Source: Prevotella sp. (lineage in GTDB: Bacteria; Bacteroidota; Bacteroidia; Bacteroidales; Bacteroidaceae). From it: DNA of 64,000 nt. A program made the translations under genes and the position numbers. Position 1 is the first letter of the stretch, and every line of letters begins with the position of its first letter. The stretch spans positions 63,151 to 127,150 of the forward strand of contig JBHAEQ010000035.1 of assembly GCA_041855685.1 (NCBI GenBank), given 5' to 3'. Positions 10,158 to 19,665 of the stretch are shown here, one piece after another. The notes beneath the pieces were generated by a model. That model had not been told where the DNA came from, did no database searches, and was given only the letters and a program-made list of their open reading frames with translations.

Positions 10158-10727
10158 GTGATTTTTATAGGGAGTAAAGAAGAACGCTTGGTAAAACAGC
10201 TTCGCAACGAAAACAACGGTGCGATGCAGGAGTTCTATTCCCTATATGCCGATTACCTGACAGGAGTATGCTCAAGATATATTGTGAATGACGAAGACAT
10301 TAAAGATGTCTTGCAGGATTCGTTGGTAAGCATATTTTCCAATATACGCAGTTTTGATTATCGTGGAGCAGGCTCGCTTCAGGCATGGGCGGCAAAGATA
10401 GTTGTAAACCAATCGCTGAAATTCCTGAAAGAAAAGAAGCGTAATGAGTTCGCAAGTCTTGACTGGGATATTGTTGATGAGACGGAACAGGACGACCCGC
10501 CAATAAGCGATGTGCCGCCAGACGTTATACACCGTATGGTTTGCGAACTCCCGACAGGCTATCGCACAGTATTCAACTTATATGTATTCGAGAATAAAAG
10601 CCACAAGGAAATTGCCGACTTGCTCGGAATAAAGAAGGACACATCATGCTCGCAGTTCAGCAGGGCAAAGAACCTGCTCATAAAAAAATTAACCGACTAT
10701 TATAAATTAAAACAGAACTCACGATGA
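10158..10727 (+). CDS. ECF sigma-70 factor (EcfO/Das-like)
   Basis: DVLQDSLV (region 2), LPTGYRTVFNLYVFENKSHKEIADLLGI and SRAK (region 4). Confidence 0.93.
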   Translation: MIFIGSKEERLVKQLRNENNGAMQEFYSLYADYLTGVCSRYIVNDEDIKDVLQDSLVSIFSNIRSFDYRGAGSLQAWAAKIVVNQSLKFLKEKKRNEFASLDWDIVDETEQDDPPISDVPPDVIHRMVCELPTGYRTVFNLYVFENKSHKEIADLLGIKKDTSCSQFSRAKNLLIKKLTDYYKLKQNSR

Positions 10728-11959
10728 AGGAAGAGACAAGAAAAGAATGGCAAAGCAAAATGGCAGGTTTCAAGAAATCTGCCCCTCCTGTGTCGTGGGA
10801 TTATATTGAGAAATCATTAGCGAGTAAGAGTCCTTCGAGCAAGGCAATTCCACTTTGGCTGAAAGTGTCGGGAGTTGCAGCAATACTATTATTGGTGTTA
10901 GGTGTAGGTTTACGTTTTTTCAATCCAGAATCGGAATCAACAAACCGGCAATTGGCAAATAACGAAAAACATATGCATGCCATAGAGTCTGAAACACAAG
11001 AAGAGAATAACCCTATAGAAGAAAGGATAGGCTCTTCAGTCATAAAGAAAATACTTAATGTATATGATTCAGAACTTATTGCTGAAAATACATCAGCCCC
11101 GGTAACTAAAATAGAACTTGATGATGTGAAGGAAGACAATGCGGGTGTTGTAGATAATTCTCAATCGGAACAACAGGCAGAGGCACAAGACAAAGAAAAA
11201 CATGTTGCAACAAAAAAGGGCAATGACTATACGGAAGAACCAATGAAACACAATTTCAATCGTTCATCTGTTAGTAGCGGCAGGCTTACGGCTAAAGCCT
11301 ATATGTCGAACATGGGGGGAGGTGCAAGTACTACTACGAGCATGAATACCATGATGACATCAGCTAATCCGTATGGTATATACAATGACGAGATGAATGT
11401 TAAAGACAGAATGTATTTAAATGAGGGCAAACCCGAGATTGAAGAAGAAATAAACCATCGTCAGCCCATACGCTTTGGCGTGTCGATTCGTTATAACATT
11501 AATAGTCGCTGGAGTGTAGAAAGTGGTTTGACATATACTCTGCTTGTTTCTGATTTGACACGTAAAATCAGTGGTTATACCTATACTACAGAGCAGAGAC
11601 TCTCTTATGTGGGACTGCCTGTAGGAGTAAGTTACAGCATATGGCAGAACCGGCATTTCAATATCTATGCTTCCGTAGGTGGAATTATAGAGAAGATGGT
11701 GAATGGAAAACAAACAACACAAATTACCAATCAGCCTTCTGCCGGACTAAGCGAGACAACCGGTGTGAGTATCCACCCGTTGCAACTATCGCTGAACGGT
11801 GGAATGGGAGCTGAATACAACATCAACAAGAGTATAAGTGTTTATGCAGAGCCGGGCATGGCATACCATTTTGACAACGGAAGTGATATTTCAACATTAT
11901 ATAAGGATAAGCCTCTTGGCTTCAATCTCAACTTAGGACTAAGATTCAATTTCAAATAA
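10724..11959 (+). CDS. Dual-membrane-spanning anti-sigma factor (Reo/Dma-like) with C-terminal beta-barrel
   Basis: Short N-terminal domain, one TM (WLKVSGVAAILLLVLGVGL), long E/K/N-rich linker, alternating beta-strands ending GLRFNFK; overlaps the sigma stop. Confidence 0.8.
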   Translation: MKEETRKEWQSKMAGFKKSAPPVSWDYIEKSLASKSPSSKAIPLWLKVSGVAAILLLVLGVGLRFFNPESESTNRQLANNEKHMHAIESETQEENNPIEERIGSSVIKKILNVYDSELIAENTSAPVTKIELDDVKEDNAGVVDNSQSEQQAEAQDKEKHVATKKGNDYTEEPMKHNFNRSSVSSGRLTAKAYMSNMGGGASTTTSMNTMMTSANPYGIYNDEMNVKDRMYLNEGKPEIEEEINHRQPIRFGVSIRYNINSRWSVESGLTYTLLVSDLTRKISGYTYTTEQRLSYVGLPVGVSYSIWQNRHFNIYASVGGIIEKMVNGKQTTQITNQPSAGLSETTGVSIHPLQLSLNGGMGAEYNINKSISVYAEPGMAYHFDNGSDISTLYKDKPLGFNLNLGLRFNFK

Positions 11960-11972
11960 ACGTAACAACATT

Positions 11973-12461
11973 ATACACAAGAAAATCATTCTTCTCGGCA
12001 CAGTTGTATTCTGTGCCATTATCCTCTGCACGGCATGTTGCGGCAGTAAAACATTAAATAAAAATACGGCTTCATCAGTAGATGGCACATCTGCAACCAA
12101 CATCGACTATACCATTGCCATGAACTACTTCTTTCGCAATGATGCGAAGATACCGGAGAATCCTAAAATAACAACCCGCAAACAATTCGACAGCCTATTT
12201 GGCATGGCGACAACAATGGGTGAGAAAGGCAAGCCGACAGCCATAGATTTCGACAAACAGTTCGTAATAGCAGTAATAACGAATGAGACAAGCGTTGACA
12301 CAGAACTCTTGCCACTGGCACTGACAAAAAGCGGTGGCAAATTGACTTTCCATTACAAACACACAGAAGGTGAACAGCTTACCTACGTAATGCAGCCTAT
12401 TCTGCTGGTGATAGTCGATAAAAAGCACGACGCATCGGTAATGCTTGCGCCTCGCAATTAG
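11973..12461 (+). CDS. Hypothetical lipoprotein; ATA where the start codon is expected
   Basis: The frame of the 12120 ORF is open upstream and reads (I/M)HKKIILLGTVVFCAIILCTACCGSK, a lipoprotein-type signal, from ATA at 11973. Confidence 0.6.
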   Translation: MHKKIILLGTVVFCAIILCTACCGSKTLNKNTASSVDGTSATNIDYTIAMNYFFRNDAKIPENPKITTRKQFDSLFGMATTMGEKGKPTAIDFDKQFVIAVITNETSVDTELLPLALTKSGGKLTFHYKHTEGEQLTYVMQPILLVIVDKKHDASVMLAPRN

Positions 12462-12658
12462 CAACAAAAACATCTTGATTTTCAAATACCATGTAAAAAC
12501 CGCTTCTCGGTAAACTATATTCAAAACTATTTTATACTGAGAATTTTGCAAAGAAGATGTATCAAAACAAAATGGTACATCTTTTTTTTATTGCAGAACT
12601 CCCGACTTTTCACTGCTCTTTGCATCATACGTAAAAGCGCTCCGCCGATAGTAGCCCC

Positions 12659-12727
12659 CAAGGGTGTTTAACACTAACGGTCAAGGGTGTTTAACACTAA
12701 CGGTCAAGAGTGTTTAACACCAATGGC
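12659..12727. repeat. Three tandem 23-bp repeats (caagggtgtttaacactaacggt)
   Basis: Two identical units and one variant, directly adjacent with no spacers. Confidence 0.92.
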
Positions 12728-12894
12728 GAAGAAGGTGTGTCAAGTTTGATATATCCTATTTTGATATTAACACTTGCAATTAACAGCAATCCATAGAACA
12801 ACGAGGTGATTTTGCCGCACGGCAAGTGAAGCATCTCCCCGCATTTCTTGCCACATTTTCATGCAAATTCTTTTACTTTATAAACAATTTATGT

Positions 12895-12902
12895 TATCTT
12901 TG
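12895..12902 (+). promoter_or_regulatory. -7 promoter box (TATCTTTG) for the fructan regulator
   Basis: TAnnTTTG-CA, 24 nt upstream of the ATG. Confidence 0.7.
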
Positions 12903-12926
12903 CAACGTAAACTATAATAAATACCA

Positions 12927-14507
12927 ATGATGTCTTCAGTCTTCAAACAATGGATTTTCATCATCATAGCTCTACCTTTCCTACTGACATCATGTCATGA
13001 CAAGGGCAAGAAGTATGTGATAGGCGTGTCGCAGTGCTCGTCTGATGTCTGGCGTGACAAGCTCCGTGAAGAACTCGTCATGGCTACTTACCTCAACGAC
13101 GATGTAGAGATAAAATATGCCTGCGCATACGACGACCCTATAGTTCAGGCACGTCAGATAGACTCATTGGTAAACGAAGGCATAAACCTGCTTGTTGTAT
13201 CGCCGGAACAGATGCAGAGCATAACACCCGCCATCAACAATGTTTATGACAAAAACATTCCCGTCATACTCTTCGACCGTAAGACCGACTCCGAGAAATA
13301 TACCGCATTTATGGGTGCCGACAACTATCTCATAGGTGAACTCATAGGAAAATATGTGGCAGAACGATTGGGAGGAAAAGGAAATATAGTGGAAATAGGT
13401 GGACGGAAGACATCGTCGCCTGCCATAGAACGTACGCGTGGATTCAGAGACGTAATCGATAGATACCCCGACCTGCATATCGTAGGCTATGACGATACCG
13501 ACTGGACACCGGCATCAGGAGAAAAAGCCATGCGCAGTATTCTCAAACACTACACAGGAAGAATAGACTGTGTCTTCGGAGGCAACGACCGCATGGCAGT
13601 GGCTGCCAGAAAGGTGATGAAGCACATGGGAAGAGACAGCGACGACATCATATACGTCGGAGTTGACGCATTGCCCGGTAAAGACGGGGGTATGCAGCAG
13701 ATAGAAGACGGTATCCTTAGCGCCTCGGCAATATACCCTACTCATGGCGACGAGATAGTAAATTTGGCAGTTGATATAATCGAGGGATGCTCTTTTGAGA
13801 AAGAAAATCTGCTGCAGACGGTGCTTGTAACAAAAGACAACGCAAGACTACTACTCATGCAGAACGAGGAACTGATACGAAAATTCCATTATCTCGAGAT
13901 AATGCATCAGCGTATAGACAAGACATTGCAGCAACTCGGAACACAGAATATTCTGCTTTATACATTCATACTCATAACAATTGTCGTGTCCATGCTCCTG
14001 ATAATCATCATCAGAGCATACAGGCAGAAGCACGTGCTCAATATCAGTCTGGAGCAGGAAAAAGAAAAAGCCGAACGCCAGCGTGACGAACTTGAAGAAC
14101 AATGCGACAAACTAATAGAGGCAAGCCTCGCCAATGAAAGAGCAGACGACGCATCATTCTGGCAGGAGCCAAATGTTCAGGAAGAAAGTTCGTTCATGAG
14201 AAAGTTCGACAAAGTAGTGAAGGAAAACATCTCTGACTCCGACCTCAGTGTTGAGGCTATAGGTTCAAAGATGGGCTTTTCCCGTGTGCAACTCTACCGC
14301 AAGGTAAAAGCCCTTACAGGCATGTCGCCCGTGGAATATGTCCGCAAACGCCGTCTTGACAAAGCCCGCACCCTTCTGTCCGACACCTCAATGAGTATTT
14401 CCGAAACCGCCTATAAGGTTGGTTTCTCTTCACCCAGCTATTTCACCAAGTGCTACAAGGACGAGTTTGGAGAGAATCCTAAAAGTTCCAAAGAGAAAAG
14501 TTCATAA
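12927..14507 (+). CDS. Periplasmic sugar-binding domain + TM + AraC HTH regulator (BT1754-like, lacking kinase and receiver)
   Basis: Type I PBP motifs IGVSQCS, LLVVSP and FGGNDRMA; TM at about aa 342-365; AraC end GFSRVQLYRKVK and GFSSPSYFTKCYK; no H-box, ATPase or receiver sequence. Confidence 0.85.
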   Translation: MMSSVFKQWIFIIIALPFLLTSCHDKGKKYVIGVSQCSSDVWRDKLREELVMATYLNDDVEIKYACAYDDPIVQARQIDSLVNEGINLLVVSPEQMQSITPAINNVYDKNIPVILFDRKTDSEKYTAFMGADNYLIGELIGKYVAERLGGKGNIVEIGGRKTSSPAIERTRGFRDVIDRYPDLHIVGYDDTDWTPASGEKAMRSILKHYTGRIDCVFGGNDRMAVAARKVMKHMGRDSDDIIYVGVDALPGKDGGMQQIEDGILSASAIYPTHGDEIVNLAVDIIEGCSFEKENLLQTVLVTKDNARLLLMQNEELIRKFHYLEIMHQRIDKTLQQLGTQNILLYTFILITIVVSMLLIIIIRAYRQKHVLNISLEQEKEKAERQRDELEEQCDKLIEASLANERADDASFWQEPNVQEESSFMRKFDKVVKENISDSDLSVEAIGSKMGFSRVQLYRKVKALTGMSPVEYVRKRRLDKARTLLSDTSMSISETAYKVGFSSPSYFTKCYKDEFGENPKSSKEKSS

Positions 14508-14530
14508 TTGTTCAACGCAGAATATAAATT

Positions 14531-14626
14531 ATGTTGCATATAGTAGTATTAATGTTTCAAAGTAACATATTTGTGTATATTTGAAACATTATTGTTTGCT
14601 AACCTTCTTGATTTAGATTAATTTTG
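14531..14626 (+). promoter_or_regulatory. susC promoter (-33 TTTG 14595-14598; -7 TAATTTTG 14619-14626) with upstream operator-like repeats
   Basis: 20-nt spacer between boxes; perfect 11-bp inverted repeat at 14551-14561 and 14580-14590. Confidence 0.7.
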
Positions 14627-14678
14627 TCAGCGAACTAATAATTCGCATAATAACAAATTAAATTAATAATTAAGAACA

Positions 14679-17600
14679 ATGCAACAAAAGTTTTTCATCA
14701 GTATGTTTATGCTGCTAATCTCTGTTGTTCCGTCAATTGCACAGACAATACAGGTTAGCGGAACTGTTGTGTCTCTTTCTGATGGCGAACCACTCATCGG
14801 AGCCTCGGTTTTCGAGACAGGTACAAACAAGGGTACAGTGACCGATATTGACGGCAATTTTGTACTTGAAGTTAATTCCTCTTCAACTATCACTGTTTCG
14901 TATGTGGGTTTTCAGACCCAAACTCTCAAACCTCAACCTGTCATGACCATAAGCATGGTTGATGAAGCTGAACTTCAGGAAGTAGTTGTAACCGGATACA
15001 TGACAGAAAAGAAGTCAGACCTCACGGGTGCAGTGTCTGTAGTAAAAATTAAAGATGTGGCAGACGTACCCACAGGCAATGTAATGCAAGCCTTGCAGGG
15101 ACGCGTGGCTGGTATGAATATTACGACTGACGGCACACCTGGTGGTGGCAATACATCTACTTTAGTGCGTGGAACTACCACCATCAACAACTCATCTCCT
15201 CTATATGTAATAGACGGCATGCCTACACGTGATAACGTCGGATCAATAATATCAAGCGGTGATGTGGAATCTATTCAGGTATTGAAAGATGCTTCATCTG
15301 CTGCAATCTATGGTGCGCAGGCAGCAAATGGTGTCATCATTATTACCACTAAGCGTGCCAAGAAAGGTGAGATAAAGGTGGATTTTAGTGCCTCACTCAC
15401 AGCACAAACATTCTCTACAGGCGTTGATATGCTCAACACACAACAATGGGCTAACGCTTATTGGCAAGCTTATCAGAATGCTAATGGTGGCAATAATCCG
15501 TCATCACAATTATTTGGCAACGGTAACACTCCGGTCATAGCAAGTACTTATAAGAGCGGAGATAAGACCATGACTCTCTCTGATACTGACTGGGCTGAAG
15601 AAATTTATTCCACAGCCCTCTTACAAAACTATAACCTCACATTATCACGGGGAGGAGAGAACGGAGGCTCATCTGTGAGTTTCAACTATATGAATCATGA
15701 TGGAATGGTGCGCAATACAGACTACGAAAGTTTCAATACACGCATATCTGGAGATTATCATTTCTTGAATAACAAGTTGCGCATCGGTGAGAATGTAGCC
15801 GTGAGCCACTGGACACAACATCATGCTCCAAGTGGAATAGAAGAACTCATTTATAAACTCCAACCTATGGTTCCTGTGTATGCAACAGATGGTAGCTATG
15901 GTGGTGGATACGTAGATATTCTCAATGATAGTGCAAATCCTATACGACTCACAGACAATGAAAAGGACAACAAGCACACCTATTGGCGCATATTCGGTAG
16001 TGCATATGCGGAAGTTGAACCTATTACTAACCTTATACTCCGCTCCACTTTCGGTGTAAACTACTATCATGACAACAATTCCACCTTTATACCTAAATGG
16101 CAAGAAGGAGCACGCACTGTTGATACTAATGAACTTGCATCAAATAATTCAAGCCAATTTAACTGGGTGTGGACTAATCAGGCTCAGTATAGTTTTACTC
16201 TTGGACAGCATTCTTTCACAACTCTCTTAGGCATGGAAGCTAAGAAAGAGAAATATAACTATTTATATGGCTATGGCACAGGATTAAGATATGAAGATCT
16301 TGACTATCGTTATTTGAGCGCAGTGACATCTGGCAAGAATGTGGATGGTACAAGCAACACTTACTCAATGGTGTCATACTTTGGCAAGATAAACTACACA
16401 TTTGCTGATCGTTATTTAGCAAGTTTCACACTACGTCGCGATGCCTCAAGTCGCTTTGGCAGAAACAAGAACTCTGGTTATTTCCCATCAGTAAGTGCAG
16501 GCTGGCGTATAAGCAGTGAGAAATTTATGGCATCTACAAAGTCTTGGCTTGATGATTTGAAGCTTCGCGCCTCATGGGGTATCAATGGTAATGACCAGAT
16601 TGACAATTCTGCTACTTACAGCCTTTTCTCCAACTCACTAAATAATGGCGGTTATAATCTCAATGGCGATAACTCCACTCTCACAGCAGGAACAATCCGC
16701 ACACACAGCGGTAATAATAACCTCCGTTGGGAGCAGACACGTCAAATAAATGTTGGTTTCGATGCAACACTGCTAAACAACCGTCTTATTGTGGGCTTTG
16801 ATTTCTTTGATAAGCAAACAAAAGACATGCTCTATGAACCAGCTTATGCAGGTGTAGTGGGTGAAGGTGGCTACTCTTATCAGAATGTGGCAGCCATGAA
16901 CAATAAGGGTTATGAAGTCACACTGACATGGCGTGACAATATAAAAGACTTTAATTATGAGATAACTCTTAATGGTGCATTCTATAAAAACAAGATAACA
17001 GAACTCCCAGAAGCAGTGTATTACACTTGGGGGTGCGGTAATGGAGTAGATATAAGTAATGTAGGTTATGCTTATGGTTCATGGTTAGGCTATACGACTG
17101 ATGGTGTGTTCCACACTGACAACGAAGTAACAGAATACAATTCTAAGTATAATGTGCAGTATGGTCAGCCAGGAGTAGGCAGGTTAAAGTATGTTGATAC
17201 CAACGGCGACAACATCATCAATGCTTCAGACCGTGTAGTATTAGGTTCAGACCAACCAAAGTTTATAGGTGGTCTCACTCTCTCTGCCAACTATAAAGGC
17301 TTTGACCTCAGTCTCTTCTTTAATGGAATGGTGCGCAAGGCATGGAATAATTCAAAGTATTACACTGATCTTTGGGCTTACTGGATAGGCAATCACTCCA
17401 CAAGACTAATGGAGGCTTATGATGCATGGAATAATTACACCGCCACTGGAGTTTATAATTCTGATGTGCCGGCACTCACCACATCTACCGCAAATAATGA
17501 GAATGGAAGTTCTGACTTTTATGTGGAGAATGGTAATTACATTAAACTAAAGACATTCACGCTTGGTTACACTCTGCCAAAAAGCTTACTCAAAAAGTGT

Positions 17601-17741
17601 TTCATTCGCAATCTTAGAGTGTATTTCCAAACACAAAATCTCTTCACAATAACATCTTACACAGGTGCAGACCCTGAAGGATTGGGCTATAGATACCCTA
17701 TGCCACGCACATTTACATTTGGACTTAATATTGGTCTTTAA
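14679..17741 (+). CDS. susC: SusC-like TonB-dependent transporter (fructan PUL)
   Basis: GTVTDIDGNF, VLKDASSAAIYGAQAANGVIIITTK, C-terminal YPMPRTFTFGLNIGL. Confidence 0.96.
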   Translation: MQQKFFISMFMLLISVVPSIAQTIQVSGTVVSLSDGEPLIGASVFETGTNKGTVTDIDGNFVLEVNSSSTITVSYVGFQTQTLKPQPVMTISMVDEAELQEVVVTGYMTEKKSDLTGAVSVVKIKDVADVPTGNVMQALQGRVAGMNITTDGTPGGGNTSTLVRGTTTINNSSPLYVIDGMPTRDNVGSIISSGDVESIQVLKDASSAAIYGAQAANGVIIITTKRAKKGEIKVDFSASLTAQTFSTGVDMLNTQQWANAYWQAYQNANGGNNPSSQLFGNGNTPVIASTYKSGDKTMTLSDTDWAEEIYSTALLQNYNLTLSRGGENGGSSVSFNYMNHDGMVRNTDYESFNTRISGDYHFLNNKLRIGENVAVSHWTQHHAPSGIEELIYKLQPMVPVYATDGSYGGGYVDILNDSANPIRLTDNEKDNKHTYWRIFGSAYAEVEPITNLILRSTFGVNYYHDNNSTFIPKWQEGARTVDTNELASNNSSQFNWVWTNQAQYSFTLGQHSFTTLLGMEAKKEKYNYLYGYGTGLRYEDLDYRYLSAVTSGKNVDGTSNTYSMVSYFGKINYTFADRYLASFTLRRDASSRFGRNKNSGYFPSVSAGWRISSEKFMASTKSWLDDLKLRASWGINGNDQIDNSATYSLFSNSLNNGGYNLNGDNSTLTAGTIRTHSGNNNLRWEQTRQINVGFDATLLNNRLIVGFDFFDKQTKDMLYEPAYAGVVGEGGYSYQNVAAMNNKGYEVTLTWRDNIKDFNYEITLNGAFYKNKITELPEAVYYTWGCGNGVDISNVGYAYGSWLGYTTDGVFHTDNEVTEYNSKYNVQYGQPGVGRLKYVDTNGDNIINASDRVVLGSDQPKFIGGLTLSANYKGFDLSLFFNGMVRKAWNNSKYYTDLWAYWIGNHSTRLMEAYDAWNNYTATGVYNSDVPALTTSTANNENGSSDFYVENGNYIKLKTFTLGYTLPKSLLKKCFIRNLRVYFQTQNLFTITSYTGADPEGLGYRYPMPRTFTFGLNIGL

Positions 17742-17778
17742 TCATCTGAACATCTACAAATATAAAAAGACGAAAACT

Positions 17779-19581
17779 ATGAAAGTAAGAAATATATTCC
17801 TAAGCATAATCGTAACAGCGTCAACACTTACTGGCTGTAACGAATCAAGTTTTCTTGATAATCCTCCACAAGGTGTAGTGAGTGAATCTGTACTAAAGAC
17901 CGCTGATGGAGTGGAAGAACTCTGCACCGCTGCATACGCAGCATTGATGGGACCAAATCCACAAGACTGGTCTGTATGGTGGTATCCTGTAACTCACTGG
18001 ACTACGGGTGCTGTACGTTCTGACGATGCCCTCAAAGGCGGAGGAGGTACAGGTGATGGTAATGAAACACATAGATTAGAGATCTTTACTCTCGATGCTA
18101 CTGACGGTGTTACAGACTCTAAGTGGTATCACTTGTATGTGAGCGTGCAACGTTGCAACTCTGCATTAAAGGTGCTCAATGAGACTTCTACAGATGCAGT
18201 TCCACTCAAAGATCAGCGCATAGCAGAGATGAAAGTACTTCGTGCCCATTATTTCTTTGAACTCCAACGAATGTTCAATAAGATAGTATGGTTTGACGAG
18301 AATGTTACCGAACAAGAGGTATCGTCTATTCCTAACACAGAATACTCTCGTGAACAATTATTAGATCTCATAGCCGCTGATATAGAAAACAGTCTTGTTA
18401 ATCTTCCAGAGAGCCAAGGCGAAGAAGTGGGACGTGTGAATCGCTGGATGGCAAAGGCTTATCTTGCAAAAGTATATCTTTATAGAGCTTATGAACAAGA
18501 TCCAAACACTCACGCTGTGACAAACATCAATGCAGAGTATCTTAATAAGGTAGTAACACTTTGTCAAGATATACGCAACAGTGGAAAGTACGGTCTCTTT
18601 GAGGATTTCCAAGATCTTGACCTTGTGAACAATGACAATGGCAAGGAATGTATATGGGATATACAATTCTCTATGAATGATGGTTCTAACAGTGCAGGAC
18701 GTGTCAACTGGAGCATGTTGCTTAATGCACCGCAAGGACCTTACTCTGGAGATGGTTTCTTTCTACCATCGCAAGACTTAGTCAACTCTTTCCAGACTGA
18801 CAATGACGGACTTCCACAGTTTAACTATCAATCTCTCCCTGACTTTGACCAAGTAACTGTAACTAATGATGTTGTGACAACAAGCAATAACAGTCACACT
18901 GTTGACCCACGTTTAGACTTTATCATAGGTCGTCCAGGTGTAACATGGAAGACTTACACCGAATCGCCTTGCCTCGCTACATGGGTAAGAGATCGTGGCA
19001 CATATGGTTATCACACTTCAAAACGTTTCTTTGTATCACCAGAATCATCTGAAATGTACAAGGGATGGCCTTGGGGTGCAAGTGCTCTCAACTGGCACAT
19101 GATACGTTATGCACACATTTTATTGTGGGAAGCTGAAGCACTTGTAGAACTTGGTCGTCATAACGACGCTCGTCCTTTGATAAATCAAATACGCCAGCGT
19201 GCTAAGCAGTCTTCATATGTAAAGGCATGGACAAATGGCAATTATAATGGCAATTGTCCTAACTACGATGGATTTGCAGCTAATTATGTAATCAACGAAT
19301 ACCCTGAAAATGGATGGACACAAGACTATGCTCGTCAGGCAGTGCGCTTTGAGTCAAGAGTGGAAACTGCCTTGGAAGGCGAACGATTCTTTGATCTTGT
19401 GCGCTGGGGTGTGGCAAGTAGTGTGATGAACAACTTCTTTGCTCGTGAGAAAACCTCACGTGTTTACTATGAGGGAGTTACATTCAAATCAGGAAAAGAC
19501 GAATATTTGCCAATCACTAATAATCAATACAAGTTCTCTGGACAGAACTATGAGCAAAACCCTGGTTACGCTCCATTCTAA
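17779..19581 (+). CDS. susD: SusD-like glycan-binding lipoprotein
   Basis: Start MKVRNIF (ATG 17779), lipobox LTGC, LRAHYFFEL, EGERFFDLVRWG and QNPGY end. Confidence 0.95.
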   Translation: MKVRNIFLSIIVTASTLTGCNESSFLDNPPQGVVSESVLKTADGVEELCTAAYAALMGPNPQDWSVWWYPVTHWTTGAVRSDDALKGGGGTGDGNETHRLEIFTLDATDGVTDSKWYHLYVSVQRCNSALKVLNETSTDAVPLKDQRIAEMKVLRAHYFFELQRMFNKIVWFDENVTEQEVSSIPNTEYSREQLLDLIAADIENSLVNLPESQGEEVGRVNRWMAKAYLAKVYLYRAYEQDPNTHAVTNINAEYLNKVVTLCQDIRNSGKYGLFEDFQDLDLVNNDNGKECIWDIQFSMNDGSNSAGRVNWSMLLNAPQGPYSGDGFFLPSQDLVNSFQTDNDGLPQFNYQSLPDFDQVTVTNDVVTTSNNSHTVDPRLDFIIGRPGVTWKTYTESPCLATWVRDRGTYGYHTSKRFFVSPESSEMYKGWPWGASALNWHMIRYAHILLWEAEALVELGRHNDARPLINQIRQRAKQSSYVKAWTNGNYNGNCPNYDGFAANYVINEYPENGWTQDYARQAVRFESRVETALEGERFFDLVRWGVASSVMNNFFAREKTSRVYYEGVTFKSGKDEYLPITNNQYKFSGQNYEQNPGYAPF

Positions 19582-19600
19582 GTAATTCAAAGCAAACTGA

Positions 19601-19634
19601 AACTGTGGGAGTCTAAACATGTACTCCCACAGTT
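19601..19634 (+). terminator. Intergenic stem-loop between susD and GH32
   Basis: Perfect 12-bp inverted repeat AACTGTGGGAGT / ACTCCCACAGTT with a 10-nt loop and no U-tract. Confidence 0.7.
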
Positions 19635-19665
19635 AAGTACACTAAGATTAACAACTTCAACAACA

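Noticed and set aside
12659-12727. CRISPR array
   Set aside because: Only three adjacent 23-bp units, no spacers.
14551-14590. Invertible (phase-variable) promoter
   Set aside because: The repeats enclose only 18 bp, the promoter boxes lie outside them, and no invertase is present.
17665-17778. N-terminal extension of susD in the ORF track
   Set aside because: It overlaps the susC 3' end; the lipoprotein signal starts at ATG 17779. The same reasoning applies to the extended starts at 4691, 5767, 25240, 33351 and 35364.
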